Positions 21,229-34,500 of a DNA stretch of 64,000 bases are shown here, piece by piece; the stretch's first letter is position 1; every line of letters starts with the position of its first letter. A model generated the notes under the pieces. It was not told where the DNA came from. It did not search any database and worked only from the letters and a program-made list of their open reading frames with translations. The position numbers were made by a program, and so were the translations under genes. The DNA is from Tricharina praecox (taxonomy: Eukaryota), in NCBI RefSeq assembly GCF_024521635.1, contig NW_026250407.1, forward strand, positions 1,302,001 through 1,366,000, in the 5' to 3' direction.

Positions 21229-24200
21229 TCAACTCGCCCTCTTCTTCGCACATCCGTAGTGCACCACCTGTCCACTATTCTTATGTCAGCACGCACGCGA
21301 ATGTATCGAGTGGCCGGGACAACTGACTTCGGCAACCTCCAGATAACACTCAGGCCCAAGCGCTTATGGCAGACAGGACACACGCTCTCCTCAGCCACAG
21401 TGGCATGGCTGTTTCTCGAACCCAACAGCCGCTCCTGCACATCGACGAGGTGGCTCTTCCTGAGCGCGGCGATGATCCTGTTCTCGGTGACCTTCGCATT
21501 TGCAGCGCGGATGCGGCTCTCGAAGTACGTCTCCAGATCGCGAATCCTAACATTCTCCGGGATGAGCTTCAACGCCTCACTCGCTTCCAGCCGAGCGCCG
21601 TGACGAGAGAGGATCGCAAGGGCAGGGCCCAATTGCTGACTGTAAGGCGCTGGAGGCCGTAAGTAAAGCGAGATGAGAATGTGGTAGACCTGGTCGACCT
21701 CTGCCGGGGCAATGTTGGCATTCTGGTGCACTCTCATGCAATACGCCTCGGCCTTGTCGTGGTCGTGAAGCTTGAAGACGTAGATCTCCAGTGCGGACTT
21801 GTGACGGCCCATCTTCGACAGCACGACAGCCCTGCACTCGTAGTATTCTGGAACGTCCCGTGGCAACGAACCGAGAACCTTCTCGGCACGGTACTGATCC
21901 GACGTCTCAAGGAACATAAGGAATCGGGCATGCCACTTGTCCTTCTCATCTTTCGTCATATCGCGGGCGAGCGCCGTGAGATATAGCCCGGCGAGTCGTG
22001 TGTGGAATTCCGGGGTCTGATCGTGTAACTCGGTGATGATGTGCTCAAGATACTGGATAGCGAAACTTTGATCCTGCTGCTCCAAGTAATCCAGCACTCG
22101 AGCCCGCGGCAGTGATTCCGAATTACCGGTATCGCCCACGAAGATCTCCATACCCAATACCGGATCGACCTTCAGAGGCCACATCGCAAACTCGAGAATA
22201 AGGTCGGTATGCTCCGCCTTCAGTCTCTCGAGATAGGTGACTGTCCTTTGGGGTCCACGGAGACTAGGCGCTTTACTATCCTCATCTGCTTGTCCAAAAA
22301 ACCTCAACAACTCCAATGCATCTCGATGAAGCTTCTTCCGCTCCAGAAAGTCGACCAGCTCTTCGAACTTCCCTTGCTCGCGCAGCTTTTCGCTCACGAC
22401 ATCCGGGTCGCAGTGGTTCTGGATCCTGACCAACGAGCCGATCAATGCCGGCCGCACGAGCATGTACGCTCTGAATAGAGTGGTGTCGACCAATTGGCAA
22501 GTCTCCATAAGTTTCTCGATGCGTGCCTGAGCCGGGTCCTGACCCTCACCAGGGTGGCCATCCAGTACCAGGAAGGTAGCCTCCAAAGGATCCTTCTTCG
22601 ATGCTTCGTGGGCAGATCCAGGGGCCAAGACGGCTAACGGATCAAGCGGTTGACCTTCCGAATTGAAGTACTTGGTCAACTTTCTCCGCACATCGTTGAG
22701 GAAGGTGCCGATCAAGTCTTGGGCCGCCTTCTTCAACTCGTCACCCTCAAGTGGCTTCGGTGTCTCATCAACATCAGCATCCTTCTTAGCAGCGAGACTA
22801 GCGCTATCGAGGATGGAGGCGTCGTCGGCGGCGACTCTTCGGCTGCCGAAAGAAAAGATGGAAGCGGTTTCTCCGTATTTTCTGTTGAACGCAATGTTCC
22901 TCATCGAGCCATAGGAGTCGACTGTCGGACTTCGTTTGATCTCGGGCGTCACAGAGCGTTCCTTTTCTGGCGTTGCATCTCCCGACGAATCCGTCTTCGT
23001 GTCCGCTTTGGTGCCAGGCGCCTCGCCGCTTTCTCCGTTCTCCTTCTTCGGATCGCTTTCCCCATTCGACTTGGGAGCATCCCCATCTTCCGGAGCGGTA
23101 TCGGTTTCACCGTTCTTGTTGGCATCTCCATTTTCCGGGGGCTGCTCCTCTTCGTCCCCATGATCCTCCCCATCCGATCCGCCCTCCTCCTGATCGGGCC
23201 AGATCGAGAGTTCACCCGCGATAGCGGGTGGAAAGAGCTTGATAACCCTTTCGGGTGGCGCCGAGCATGTACCAAACAGTGCCATACTCTCCTCGTATCT
23301 CTTCCGTCGAAACAGCTTCTCGGCCTTAAGCATCTGCACCTCCCGCAGCTTTTCGTCCTTGTTCTCCTTGAGCAGCACGCTTTCCAACGTCTCGATGAGC
23401 TGGATTGCTTCGTCCAACTGCTCGGCCTCCACCAGGTTGTCGATCTGTGTTTCGTAATTCGTCGATTCCATCCTCCACACCTGTGTAGGCGAAGCCACGA
23501 AAAACAGCTTGCCAGCGTGCTGGAGAGCGACATTCGGCGGCGGTACATGCAGCGTCGTGACAGTAGGTAGATTTATCGTCTGCAGCAACGTCCGAGTTGC
23601 CGGATTACGGACGCCAATCTGGTGCTTCGCCGCGTTGAGGGATATTAGGTAGGGATACGAATATGCGATGGCGTCTGGCGGCGTCGACCATCGTATGGGC
23701 GGGCGTTTGAGCGGTTTGCCGTCCGTGTCGATGAAAAGCGTAGATGCTACGACGATCCGTTTAGCCACGAAACCCCTCCCCCATGAGCGACGGGGACGGA
23801 TTGAGCGGTGGGTGAACTTACAGTCTTTCACCAGCAACAGCTCCTCCCCGGCCAATCGGGTACTAAGCGATTTCGAACCCCATCCTCCCATTCCCACATA
23901 GCTGGCCCAGCCTGCCGCGGCCGCCTTGTCATCGCCCGCTTTCGACGCCCCATTCGTCGCATCCGAAGGCACAATCTCCTCCACGTTTGCGGTGTCCACA
24001 TCGACAATGACGAACCCACTCGTCAACCCGACGACGATCTTATGACCACTCGCCCACGTCAAGCTGCGCACATTGCCTCCGAGCGTGACCTCCTTCCCCT
24101 CCTGAAACCCGCCATCAGCCCACGAATACATCAGGAGCTTCCTCCTAACGCCAATCGCGAGTTTCGAGACGATACTTGGGATCTGCGTATCAGGATCGCG

Positions 24201-24654
24201 CTCAACATTACTCGTGATAGCGAGCGTCGACGCGCCGCGCGCCTTCGCCAGCGTCTCCGTGAGCGTAAAGTCGTTCAGGTCGTGGATGTGCACGTTCGTG
24301 TCGGCGAGCGACACGAGGATCGCCGCCTCCTTGATGCATGCTAGCACCTCGATCTTGCGCCGCGAGAAGTTATCGACGGTCCGTAGCAGCTCCAGTGAGA
24401 CCTCCGGCGTGTCGGGCGAGATCACCCGGTACACTCGTAGCGCCCCCGTCGATAGCCCCAGGATCAGCTTGTCGCCTGTGATGAAGCAAGAGACGGTGTC
24501 AGCTCAGACTTGAGGGCGTGCGCGCGCACGAAATTGAGGGGGCGGGGATGAGGGGGAGGGGTGAGGAGGTACCGTAGGCAAGAAGCGAGTCGATCCGGGT
24601 GCGGTCCTTCGGCGGGAGCTCGAAGATGGAGTGGGCGCTGAAGGCGTTGAGCAT
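21229..24654 (-). CDS. VPS39: HOPS subunit Vps39/Vam6 (CNH + CHCR + C-terminal Zn finger); exons 24654-24573, 24475-23822, 23746-21328, 21274-21229
   Basis: MLNAF...IDSLLAYGDKLILGLSTG.LRVY N-terminus, VDTTLFRAYM, L..LG.H..AL.IYVF, CPVCHKRLG.SV...P.G.VVHYGC. Three canonical introns: 24476-24572, 23747-23821, 21275-21327. Confidence 0.93.
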
Positions 24655-25450
24655 GACTGGTAGGTAGCTACGAGCCAGCTCCTCTCGGCGGAGAGGCTGA
24701 CTGCTGCTCTAGGGGGAATGCCGCGCGATTGGATATCAAGTAGGTCGGCTCGGTGATTGGAGGAAGAGCATGGGAGAAAAATGCTTGCTTGCTTGCTGGA
24801 GCAGTCACTTTCGTTCGGTGATCGATATGTAAGTCGGGCTTGCTTTGATGGAGAGGTTGGATATGGGGACGGCAGGGTCGCACAGACCAGAAACGGGCCA
24901 ACAACTCACTGTGCGCCAGACGTTACGTCGGCCCGCAGATGCCAAGTAATCGATCAATCGCGCCAAATCATAGAATCTCATCCAGTTATCCGAATTCGGC
25001 AACATATCTGTGTTTCTTTCCGTGTTCTCATTCGTTTTTCTCCCCAAACATTGGTCCGGGTGGGATGTTTTTCCGTTCTGGGCTTTATCGTAAATGACAG
25101 CGCACATAGAGGACTCTTTAAATCCTGCAGTCTGCAATATCAAGATCCGTGCTACTACCATGGGCTGCTCACTGGAATTGGAAGAACTTTTAAAATCAGC
25201 AGACGGAAATGAAAACAAAAAAATCAAGCAAGTGAAAGCCAAATGCAAAGAGTGGAAAAAAAAAAGTACAAAAGTAGAGAGGAGAAAGCAAACATTGCAG
25301 AAACATAGCAAAACATGATGGTCGAGGCCAATGCCGTCCCCTTCCGCTCCTCGGATTCCCATTCCTTCTCTCCGTTCGCCCGTCAACGACAACCGTGAAC
25401 GGACAGACTTTACATTTGAGCCCGCCGCAAGTATAAACAAATCGGCAAAC

Positions 25451-25507
<57 letters not shown>
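25451..25507. repeat. (ATG)19 microsatellite in the 3' region of the CCCH gene
   Basis: Perfect trinucleotide run. Confidence 0.95.
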
Positions 25508-25509
<2 letters not shown>

Positions 25510-25666
25510 CAAAGGCCAACCAGCCGGCCCATTGCTCGATAACAAGATAACAAAAAAAAATAACCAACAGAACAACGTCGATTCAACCGAAGAGGGCTCC
25601 GTCAGGTGGCGGAAGTCAATAGCTACATGACCGGACACGTGACCTCCCCCGATGCTCTTTTCTTGC

Positions 25667-27363
25667 CTAATCGTGGCTGTAGTAGCACCTCTCGTTGATA
25701 CATTCCTGTCCAAAATTACACTGCTTCTGGGCTGCAAGCCTCCTCATGGCAGCCAGCTCATCCGGCTTCAATGGGTATTTGTGTCCAAAGGTGCATTCAT
25801 CATCGCCGTAATTGCAGTCCCCCTTCAGGTAGTGGTTATTGCACGGCTTGGGTCGCAGCTGCTTGACCTTCCTGGTGGCCTCCAGGATCTGGCTCTCAGA
25901 AATCTGCGGCGCAGCTTTAGTGAGCCGAGGGGAATTATGAGCCACCGACGTGGGAGGGGTAATGGCGGGGGCAGCGTTGGCGGCCGCTGCGTAGCTGTTG
26001 ATCGGAGCATTGACCTTTGTTGCGGCACTGGCACTGGCAGCGGCACCGGCTGGAGTGGGTGACGCCATGCTGAGCACTGGGCTCCGTGGCTGCATGTAGA
26101 CATCGAATTTCTCGGGGCTGAAAACTTCTTCGTATTTAAGTCGCTTGTAGAGCAGTCCGTCGAACTCCTTCCCGAACGGCGGTCCCTCGAGCAGGTGGAT
26201 CTTCTCGAGTGCCTCCTTGCCGTCGACCTTCTTCAGCACTCTGGCATAGCCGTTATCGTGGCTCGCTCCGAGGATGATGCGGCGACAATTATAATTCTTC
26301 AGATGCCACTCGAGCTCACCTTCGAATTGCACCTGTCAGCAAGGGTTTTTTTTGTTGATATTTTGTTTTTTACAACCGGTCACTCGGGGAGGGGGGTGCA
26401 GTGGAGCAGATATACTCTTTAACTTCCAATCCGCCATCTCTTTGCCCTCTCCTACATCGATGAAATCGATCTGCTCGTGCCTCGGATCGGAGAATCCCTG
26501 AGCAAACTCACGGAAGGCAGTGACATTCGTCGTCAACTGCTGGGTCTTCATAGCTCTGGAAAGCCCCTCGACGTTTGCAAAGACACGAATAATCGGTTTG
26601 AGCTTTGTGTCTTCGAGAACCCGTTTACTGAGACGATTGGCCGCCTTTTCTCCGCCGGCACGACCTTCTTTGATGAGGTCCCTTCTGAACTGTTCGCCGC
26701 AACCCCCCCCTCCCCGTCAACACAGGAATCGATCTCCACCAGAGATGGGGAGAGCATCCGAGGCCTTACTGTCATTCCATCCCCATCGACCAGAACCAGA
26801 GTGTAATGATTACAAGCCTAACGGGAGAGCATCAGTATCCCAACTGCTCCACCCACCCGCCGGCTGGGATAACGCGCAACTCACCAACTCCCTCTCCCGC
26901 ACTTCCACCATTCTCTTCAATTCACCAACTTGCTTCCGCAGATCTCGATTTTGCTCATTCATGTTGACCAAGTCCAACTGAGAGTTGTCGTATTCCCTCG
27001 TGAGGTGTTCCTTCTGTTCAAACAAGTACTGTCGGGCAAAAAACGTGAGCTCCAGCTCTCCGCGCATTGCCTCCCTCCACCTCCCTGCGTCCACCCTTCT
27101 CCTCCTGCCCCTCCAGCTCTCACCCCCCTTCCTCCTCCCTTTCCCGCTCCCGCTCCACCTCCCCCTCCACCTCCCCCCTGTCCCAGCCCCAGCCCCTTCC
27201 TCACAGCACATACCTCCATCATCGCAAAAGTATAATCAAACTGCTTCTTTAGCCCGGCCATGTACTCGCGGGGCGTCATCGACGGCTCGCTATCGTTGCT
27301 GTTGGCGTAGCCGTTCATGGAATTCCTCATTGACGCCGGCGATTGTGACGGCGGGACCGCCAT
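25667..27363 (-). CDS. Coiled-coil + NYN/PIN-like (DUF7923-type) + tandem CCCH zinc-finger protein (~422 aa); exons 27363-27214, 27028-26885, 26817-26770, 26689-26416, 26319-25667
   Basis: Spliced product contains LVLVDGDGM, GG..AA..L, RVFANVEGL, F..F..GF, DFIDVG.GKE.AD.K, C..IILG.SHDNGY, LLEG.PF and two CCCH-type fingers. Four introns keep frame; the last uses a GTATAT donor and AAG acceptor. Confidence 0.85.
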
Positions 27364-27611
27364 GGATACTCTGTTTTACCGGCGTTCGTAGTAGTTGGGA
27401 ATGGGATAGATAAAGTCCTATATTTTTTTCTCTTCTTCTGCTTCTGCTTAGAGAAATTCAAGGACCCCAGGATCAGCCTGGGGGAGATTCGGGAGGGGGG
27501 ATATGAGTTAAGAGAAGTAGGAGGAGGAGGAGTAACAGTAACGGGAGTAACGGGAGTAGACGTATGATAGGTGGAGGAACAAGTGCACGCGCGAAAAGTC
27601 TGCGGATTACA

Positions 27612-27784
27612 ACACTCACACTCACACTCACACTCACACTCACACTCACACTCACACTCAAGTTCACACACACACAGGGATGATGCCACAAAAAGCAATC
27701 GTCTCGACCCGCGCACTGCAAGTCTGCAAGCGGAAGCAATAGGTACCGTAAGGTGATCGTGGACAGAGTACCAAGGTAGAGTAC

Positions 27785-27818
<34 letters not shown>
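27612..27818. repeat. (ACACTC)8 at 27612-27659 and (CAG)11 at 27786-27818, upstream of the CCCH gene
   Basis: Directly visible simple repeats; a poly-G tract follows at ~27970-27992. Confidence 0.9.
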
Positions 27819-27819
<1 letters not shown>

Positions 27820-30800
27820 TTGTTATTTTCTTTTCTTTTCTTTCTTTCTCGGGCGAGCGAGCAAGCGGAGTTGAAGATTCTCGAAACACAAAAACGTAGA
27901 ATATGTAGATGAACCGCCCAAAACTCGCGAGGGGTCGGAGGGGGTGGGAACGGAAGGGGGGGTGGGGGAGGGGGGGGGGGGGGGGGGGGGGCATCGCGTG
28001 ATTTATAAAGTGCGCCCAGCGGCGCAGCGTCGCAGCCAAGTGAGACCTCGCTCGACGCTCGCTCGGGTACTTACATCTTACCACATCTTACTACTCTGCC
28101 GTACTCTACTCTACCCAGGTCCGGTTCGCGAGGGCGGAGATGTATTGTACCGCTCTGCTGCGTACAGTATGATGAGGAACAGCAGGATGAGAAGGCACTG
28201 GGCGCTGCTGCCGCTGGAAGTTGAAAGTTGAAACGACGTGTTGCTGTAGGATTTGCAGCCAGCCGGATGCAGACAATGGCGTCGTAATCCCATACTTACG
28301 CAGAGTACTCTACGAGTAAGTACTCGCCCACCCAGCCAAACAGCGCCCAAGGGCTAACCAACCCAATCATGAGCCTTGTGCGGAACTTAGGCAACATCGC
28401 GCGTACAGATCCATGCGGGATGGTGGTGGAGGTGGTGGAGGAGGCGGTGGGAAGGAATCCACGAACCTCTCCTCTCAGCCCCAAGAATCACAGAGGCACA
28501 GCGGGCTTCAGCATAGCACGTGCTGTCGGTGGACAGCCAGCCAGCCAGCCCACCTTACCCGAGGCTGCGCCTTGGCACTCTACGCACTGCCGTGATTGGG
28601 CCCGGCCGAACACAATGGCAAGAGTCAAGAGTCAAGACGGACTGGTCAGCGGTTCCGTTCCGCAAGGCGGACGAGCGGATACGGCAGGTATACGGTAGTT
28701 CTCTCATCTTCGCACCTGGGCTGCTTCCGTACATCATGTAAGTACGGCGCAGAGTATAGTACTCGGGTGTGAGGGAAAGTGATGCACCACCACCACCGCA
28801 AAATGGGGCCTGAGGAGGTGCACCACCTGCCCTTGTACCCGTGTACTACATACCGGTACATGAGAGCAGATGTACCCCGGTGGCACCGTGGCACGACAGG
28901 CGTGGTGATGTGATGCGATAACAGGGCGAACGAACGCCGAGCGCGAGCGCCGAGCAGAGACTGGTTTCGTGTTGTCATGACAGCGCCTGCGACTCTGCGG
29001 GACCTCAGGCGGCCCGCGGGGTTGAACTTCGAAGGAACGCCTCGTCGGCGCTCGCCTTTGAGTTTGGTACTCTACATAGGGCTGTCCCGCTGCCGAATTC
29101 GTACGCCAATCGCTGTAGCGTCCGTTCCCCGCAATTCCATTGGTGCTGTTACACAGGCCCTCCCCCACGCTCAGGTCCCCGGCCCCCACCGTATTCCTGC
29201 TCCATTCCCCTCATGTCTGCCTGATGGTATCATACCTGGACTGCAAAGGTACTAGCCAAGTACCCAGTAGCGCTAGGTACCTGCCGCCCGCGTTCCCATG
29301 TTTGCAACACCATACTGCGGTATACCCAGGCTACTGATGTTTCCGCAGATCAGAGCGAGCGACGTTTAGATCATTCATCGTGGAATCGATGCCGGCTTTT
29401 CTCCCGCTTCTCTTCTGCTCTCTTCTCTGCGCGATCCTACTCTGACTGACAGGGTTGGCGGGTAGGTAGTTAGCGCTCGATGGCCGCACGTCGCATCATC
29501 TACCACGATGTTTTACATTGTCTCGAATCTGTATTCTGAAATCTGGAGTTGTGGTTGTCTGCTGATCTCGGTGGACGTACACGGTACTAGTACACTACCG
29601 GTACGTTGTGGGAAATACTCGCGACTCGAGAGTGGTCGGCAGTTAAGGGATGAGCATTTAGGTAGCCGTGAAATCGTGACCGCTACATCGTACATATACT
29701 CGCGGGGATGAGAGCGCAGCGCTGGACATTGGGTGAGGGTGGTCAGTAAGGGATGAGCATCGAGGCTGCCGTGTAATCGTGACCACTGCTCGCAGGAATG
29801 GAGCCGCCTAGGCATCAATCGTGAACCGTGACCACTCGGAGTCTTCTCCAAAGCTTTACTCGAGATTCATCTTCATCGTATTGCATTTGTCCGTCTCCAA
29901 GCAGTGGGCTTGTCAACTCTGGAGTCCGAAGTGCGTGCATGTACCGTCCGAGAGACTCAGGTGCAGGTGATGCGATGACTTCCAAATCTTCTCCGTCATC
30001 CTCTTGGATCTTGATCCGATAGGTAGAGTACCATGATGCAACGTGATCCCCTTGCATTGCTCAGTGAGTGACGACGGAAATGTCTTTTCGCACACGTACT
30101 CCACCCCGCGGTGCACTCCTCAAGGCTCACTCCTTTTCAGTCTTCAGAAGCGTGAACTTCGAAGGTATGATACGGCGTGGACACTGGAGTAGAATAGATA
30201 TCGCACATCCCGATAGACCTGTTTCCAACGAGGCCCCGGAGAGCCTCATGCTCCCAATCCAGTCCAACGTTCCTATGCGCAATACTGGTATCGACTCCCG
30301 CCCTTACCCACACTATAGCAACGCTCCTCCTCAGCGACATTGTAGCCTTACTCCCCTTCCAGGCTTCCAGCCCGGCTGCTTCCAATAAGGCCAATATCTA
30401 TAGTAATAAACACAGCCTGCCCGGCTCGCTTCGAATCTCCAGATTCCGAATACCGGTGTGTAAAGTTACAGCACACTCTACCGTCCGTCCGTCCGGCTGC
30501 CCTTATGTACACGGTCGGGTATAGTTAGCTCGGTGTACAAAGATGTCTTGCTTTACCTTCGTTTGTAGCAGGCTGGCAGCCCACTGCCGCAGTGCTGGAA
30601 CGCCAATCCAATCCAATCCAGTCCTTGAAGCACAGATAATCATAAAATATCACTCTCAACCAGAGTGCTTTTCCGGCGTAGTTGAGCTCAATGAACCACG
30701 CTGGATTGAGCCACCAGTCATTGAGTCACCAGCGCAGCTCGATACTCACCGCTCAGGTCTATCCACAAAGTCCAGCCCACTGAGCCCAGCTTCATTGACA

Positions 30801-31586
30801 TTCGCTCCCGCCTCCGCAATTCCAAGCTAGAAAAGGTATCATACCTACGCTGCGCCATTGAGTCTTGAGAACCCCGAACCGAACCCTGAAACCCACGCTT
30901 CCATTCCATTTCATCGCAGAAATCTCGATTCTCCACGGTACCGTGGATCCAAGCTCTACCATCACAGGTAGGTAGGCCATGAACTGTTCCCACGTCCATA
31001 CCCACACCCACACCCCCTCATTCCCGGCCGGCGTGCATATTTTCTGCCGGCGGGGCTGTGATACGGACGGACGGACGGCAAAGATACCGTATTACCGTAT
31101 GGGTGGTATTGAGCGTGAACACCATCTACCTACTCTACAGCTCGGTGTTTCAACTTGCGCTATGTGGGTAGTAGTGCCCGTTGGAGATACATTTCCGGCA
31201 GTATCTAATGTCTTCACAGTCCACACTTCTCCATCCGTGGAAATATCTCTTCTGCAATTCTGCGTGACAGCTTACTCGCAGGGCTGAAGCGAACGGATTT
31301 CGGCAGAGGAAGCCGCGCCTATCTGCCTCGCGTTGGCCTACGGGGCGTATAATCCATGACCTCCAGTCTGCGGCGTCGTTCACCGGAGAAGTCCAAACTC
31401 AACTCCCAACCAAGAATGCGCTTTTCATTCCCCGTATCATCGCATAGCTAGAAAGAAAAACCAGAAGAAGAAAAACCAGAAGAAGAAAAACCAGAAGAAG
31501 AAAGCCTCAGGCGATATTACACTACATGTTCGTACCGGAGAAGTATGAAACTCCGTCCCCTGTCCCCCATCCCCCTCTCCACGCCA

Positions 31587-34500
31587 CTAAACCTCAGTCT
31601 CGACATCGGGCTCCCTTCCTTTGAGCGAGACCTTTCCCTTCAATTTCCTCGCGCCGAACTTCGCCTCGTCCTTTGCGAACGCGATTGCGCGCATCGGCTT
31701 CCACTGCATGAGCCCGCGGTGGCGCCGGTGCATGTCCTTCTGGTTTGCGCGGTAGTTCTTGATCGCGGCGATGGGGCCGGAGGATTCCTTCCTGCCACTG
31801 CCGCTGCCGCCCGCGTGCGTTTCTAACGCGGTTGATGTAGGCGAGGTCGGGTCGTGGTACTGCGAGCTCGTCACGTGGTGGTACGAGTCGTCTGAATCCT
31901 CCTGGTCGCTGGGCGACGTCGAGGTATCGCTGTCGTCGGAGTCGTAGCTATACCGGTAGTTGTGGTGGTTCTCCTCGATGGGTCCTAGAGAGTGTTGAGG
32001 CTTGTTCTGAGGCTGAGATCCTCCTCCTCCGCCCTCCGTGAGCTCCTCGCGTGCTCGTTCAAACACCTGCCGCCAGTTCATGCCGTACTTGTCGGTGTAC
32101 AACTTCTCGTCGCCCTCTTCGAGCAAGCCCTTTTCGGTCTTTGCCAGATCCTTGCGCATCTCGCGCACACTCTTCTTGTGCAGCTCGTCGACCACGGGGT
32201 TCGTCTCTGTGTAGACGGTGTCGCCGCGGATGCCCTCTCCGCGGCAGGCAGCCCAGGTCTCAAACGTCTCGCGGGAGTCGTTGTCGGTAGCGAAGCGGTC
32301 GTGGTCGCGGTCCATTCCCGGCTGGAAGCGCGCCTCGAAGGTCATGGTGCCGATCTCCTTGACGTCGAGTTCCGGGTGCTCATCGGGCCGCTCAATGTAG
32401 TTCTGCGTCAGCCGCTGCGGGTTGTTCGTGCTCCAGATGGGAATTGTGATGGTCGTGCGCTCGTTGTCCACCAGCTTGTCGAGCCAGACCATCGCGTGGC
32501 AGTTGGGCTTGCGCGAGTTCGAGGATGTGTAGATGTCGATCACGACGGGACTCATATACCGATGCTTCACTGGCAGGCGCAGCTTTCGCGGCTGCTTGGT
32601 GCCCACGGAAGTGCTCCATGTCATGCCGGACTCGGACGATGTGCAGCTCTTGCGTGGGATCTTGCCCGTCGAGCCGCCCGTCCTGAACTTCAGCTTGGCA
32701 GGCTTATCGAGTGTCGACGTGATCGTTTCACCCACAAACTCAAACGTGCCGACATCCCAACCGAGAAGCTGAGGAGGGAGTGATATCTCCAAGCTGCGGA
32801 AAAGCACAGATAAGCGGATCTGACCGAAACCGAGGCCGCCGTCAAGAGGGAACCATCGAGTGACTTCACTGCTGGTTTGGAGGATATCGGAAAGCTTCAA
32901 TGGTACCACCCCCAGGAGCGGGTCGTGCTCCCGTTGACGTTGATCCCGTACCGAAACGGTGACGATAGCCGAGCGCCAATCGCGCACAAAACGCTCCGTT
33001 CCAGCGGAGAATTGAGGCTTGCTGCTCAGAGCCTTTGTTCTTGTTCGGTAGATCAACTGGTCATTGAGCGTGACAGTGCAGTAGGCGCTAGGCAGCTTTC
33101 CACCCTCTTCCTGCTTATTCTCGCCAGTCTTCATGCCGGGGGAATACTCCTTGCCATCCTTGCGGTTGCCATACGTTCCCGTCATGTCTTTGACCTCCAG
33201 GTTCACAATCTGGTGGACAATTACACTGACGATTCCGGATGGGAAGAGAGGGTCTGGAGGTGTGTGCATGACTGCATCCTCAAGAGGAGTATCGATACTG
33301 CCCTTGTCGTCCTGCAGCTCGGGATGGTCTTTGAGCTGAGGAGGAAGGTTGACATCCTTTCCACTCGTACGCAGTGCTGGTCTGAACCTCGTCCTGCCGA
33401 AGAATCCAACTGACCAGTACAGCTCGCCGGGCATTGCTGAACCCGACTCCTGTCCAGTGAGCTTTGAAACTTGTTGGTGCATCTTTCCTGGCTCCAGCAT
33501 GAGGTCCTGAATGGGGACTTCGATCTTTCCGACCATGTCGTCGGCCGTGAATCTGTCGCTATCCCAAAGCTCGATCGACAGTGACTCTCCCGCCTTAATG
33601 TGCTCGCTGCGAATTAGAATGCCGGAAGACTCGTGCCATTGAGGATTGAGATCATCGACGATGACACGTGTAGAGTACATGGGCTTCCCGTACTTCGAGA
33701 ATGCAATGGTGATCTATCGCACAACGTTAGTATAGGCATGATCACGTCACCAACGGAAAACTTGCATATGCATCACTGCTTCCACGTCTATCCTGCTTGC
33801 TGAGCCCGATAGCCTTGTCGATGTTGATCCAGAGGATGCCAAGTGCTTCGGTTTCCTTCTTGACATCATCGCCCATGAGCATCTTGCCCAATTCCAAGCT
33901 CATACTCTTTGGTGCAACGTACTATCCATTGGTCAGCATTGGCCCGAGTCGGGAGGAGCCGAAGGACTCACTTCATTCGCTGCTGTTGCAATTGATGCAT
34001 TAACAAAATTGGAGATCATCGGGAGGTCCAAGATATTGATTCCTTTCTCCATCATCGGGATGCAGGCCACGGAAACTTTCGGGATACCCATAAGGGTGAA
34101 AGTGAGGGTCTTCAAGAATGGCGAGTCCGGAGATAGCTGGAGACGGAGGCGAACGGTGCCGATCAGGCCCTTTAGCTCCACCCAGATTGCTGTTTTCAGC
34201 GGTCAGCGACTGCGGACATATGAAATCGTCCATAGATTTGACACATACGTAATGGCACTCCAAACAGCCCCTTGATACCAGCATAGAAGACAATCTGCAT
34301 GTGCATGTTGCGCGTTTTCCCAGAGACACCCTTGGACTCCGAGGGAGCAGCATTATAAGCAAAGGCAACCTCAAGATTGTACACTTCACCGCCGTCCTCT
34401 TCGGCCTTTCTCTGTGATTCATCTTTGCCATCCCTGGCAACTGTAGCCGCTTTCTTCAATTCTGGAACTTCGGAATCTGGCAGCGCTCTCAAAGACAGAA

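Noticed and set aside
24805..25737. ORFs with poly-Ile, poly-His or poly-Met tracts
   Set aside because: Translations of the (ATG)19 microsatellite in the CCCH gene's 3' region.
29815..30394. Minus-strand ORF pieces with protein-like composition
   Set aside because: Fragmented by stops, with no recognisable motif.
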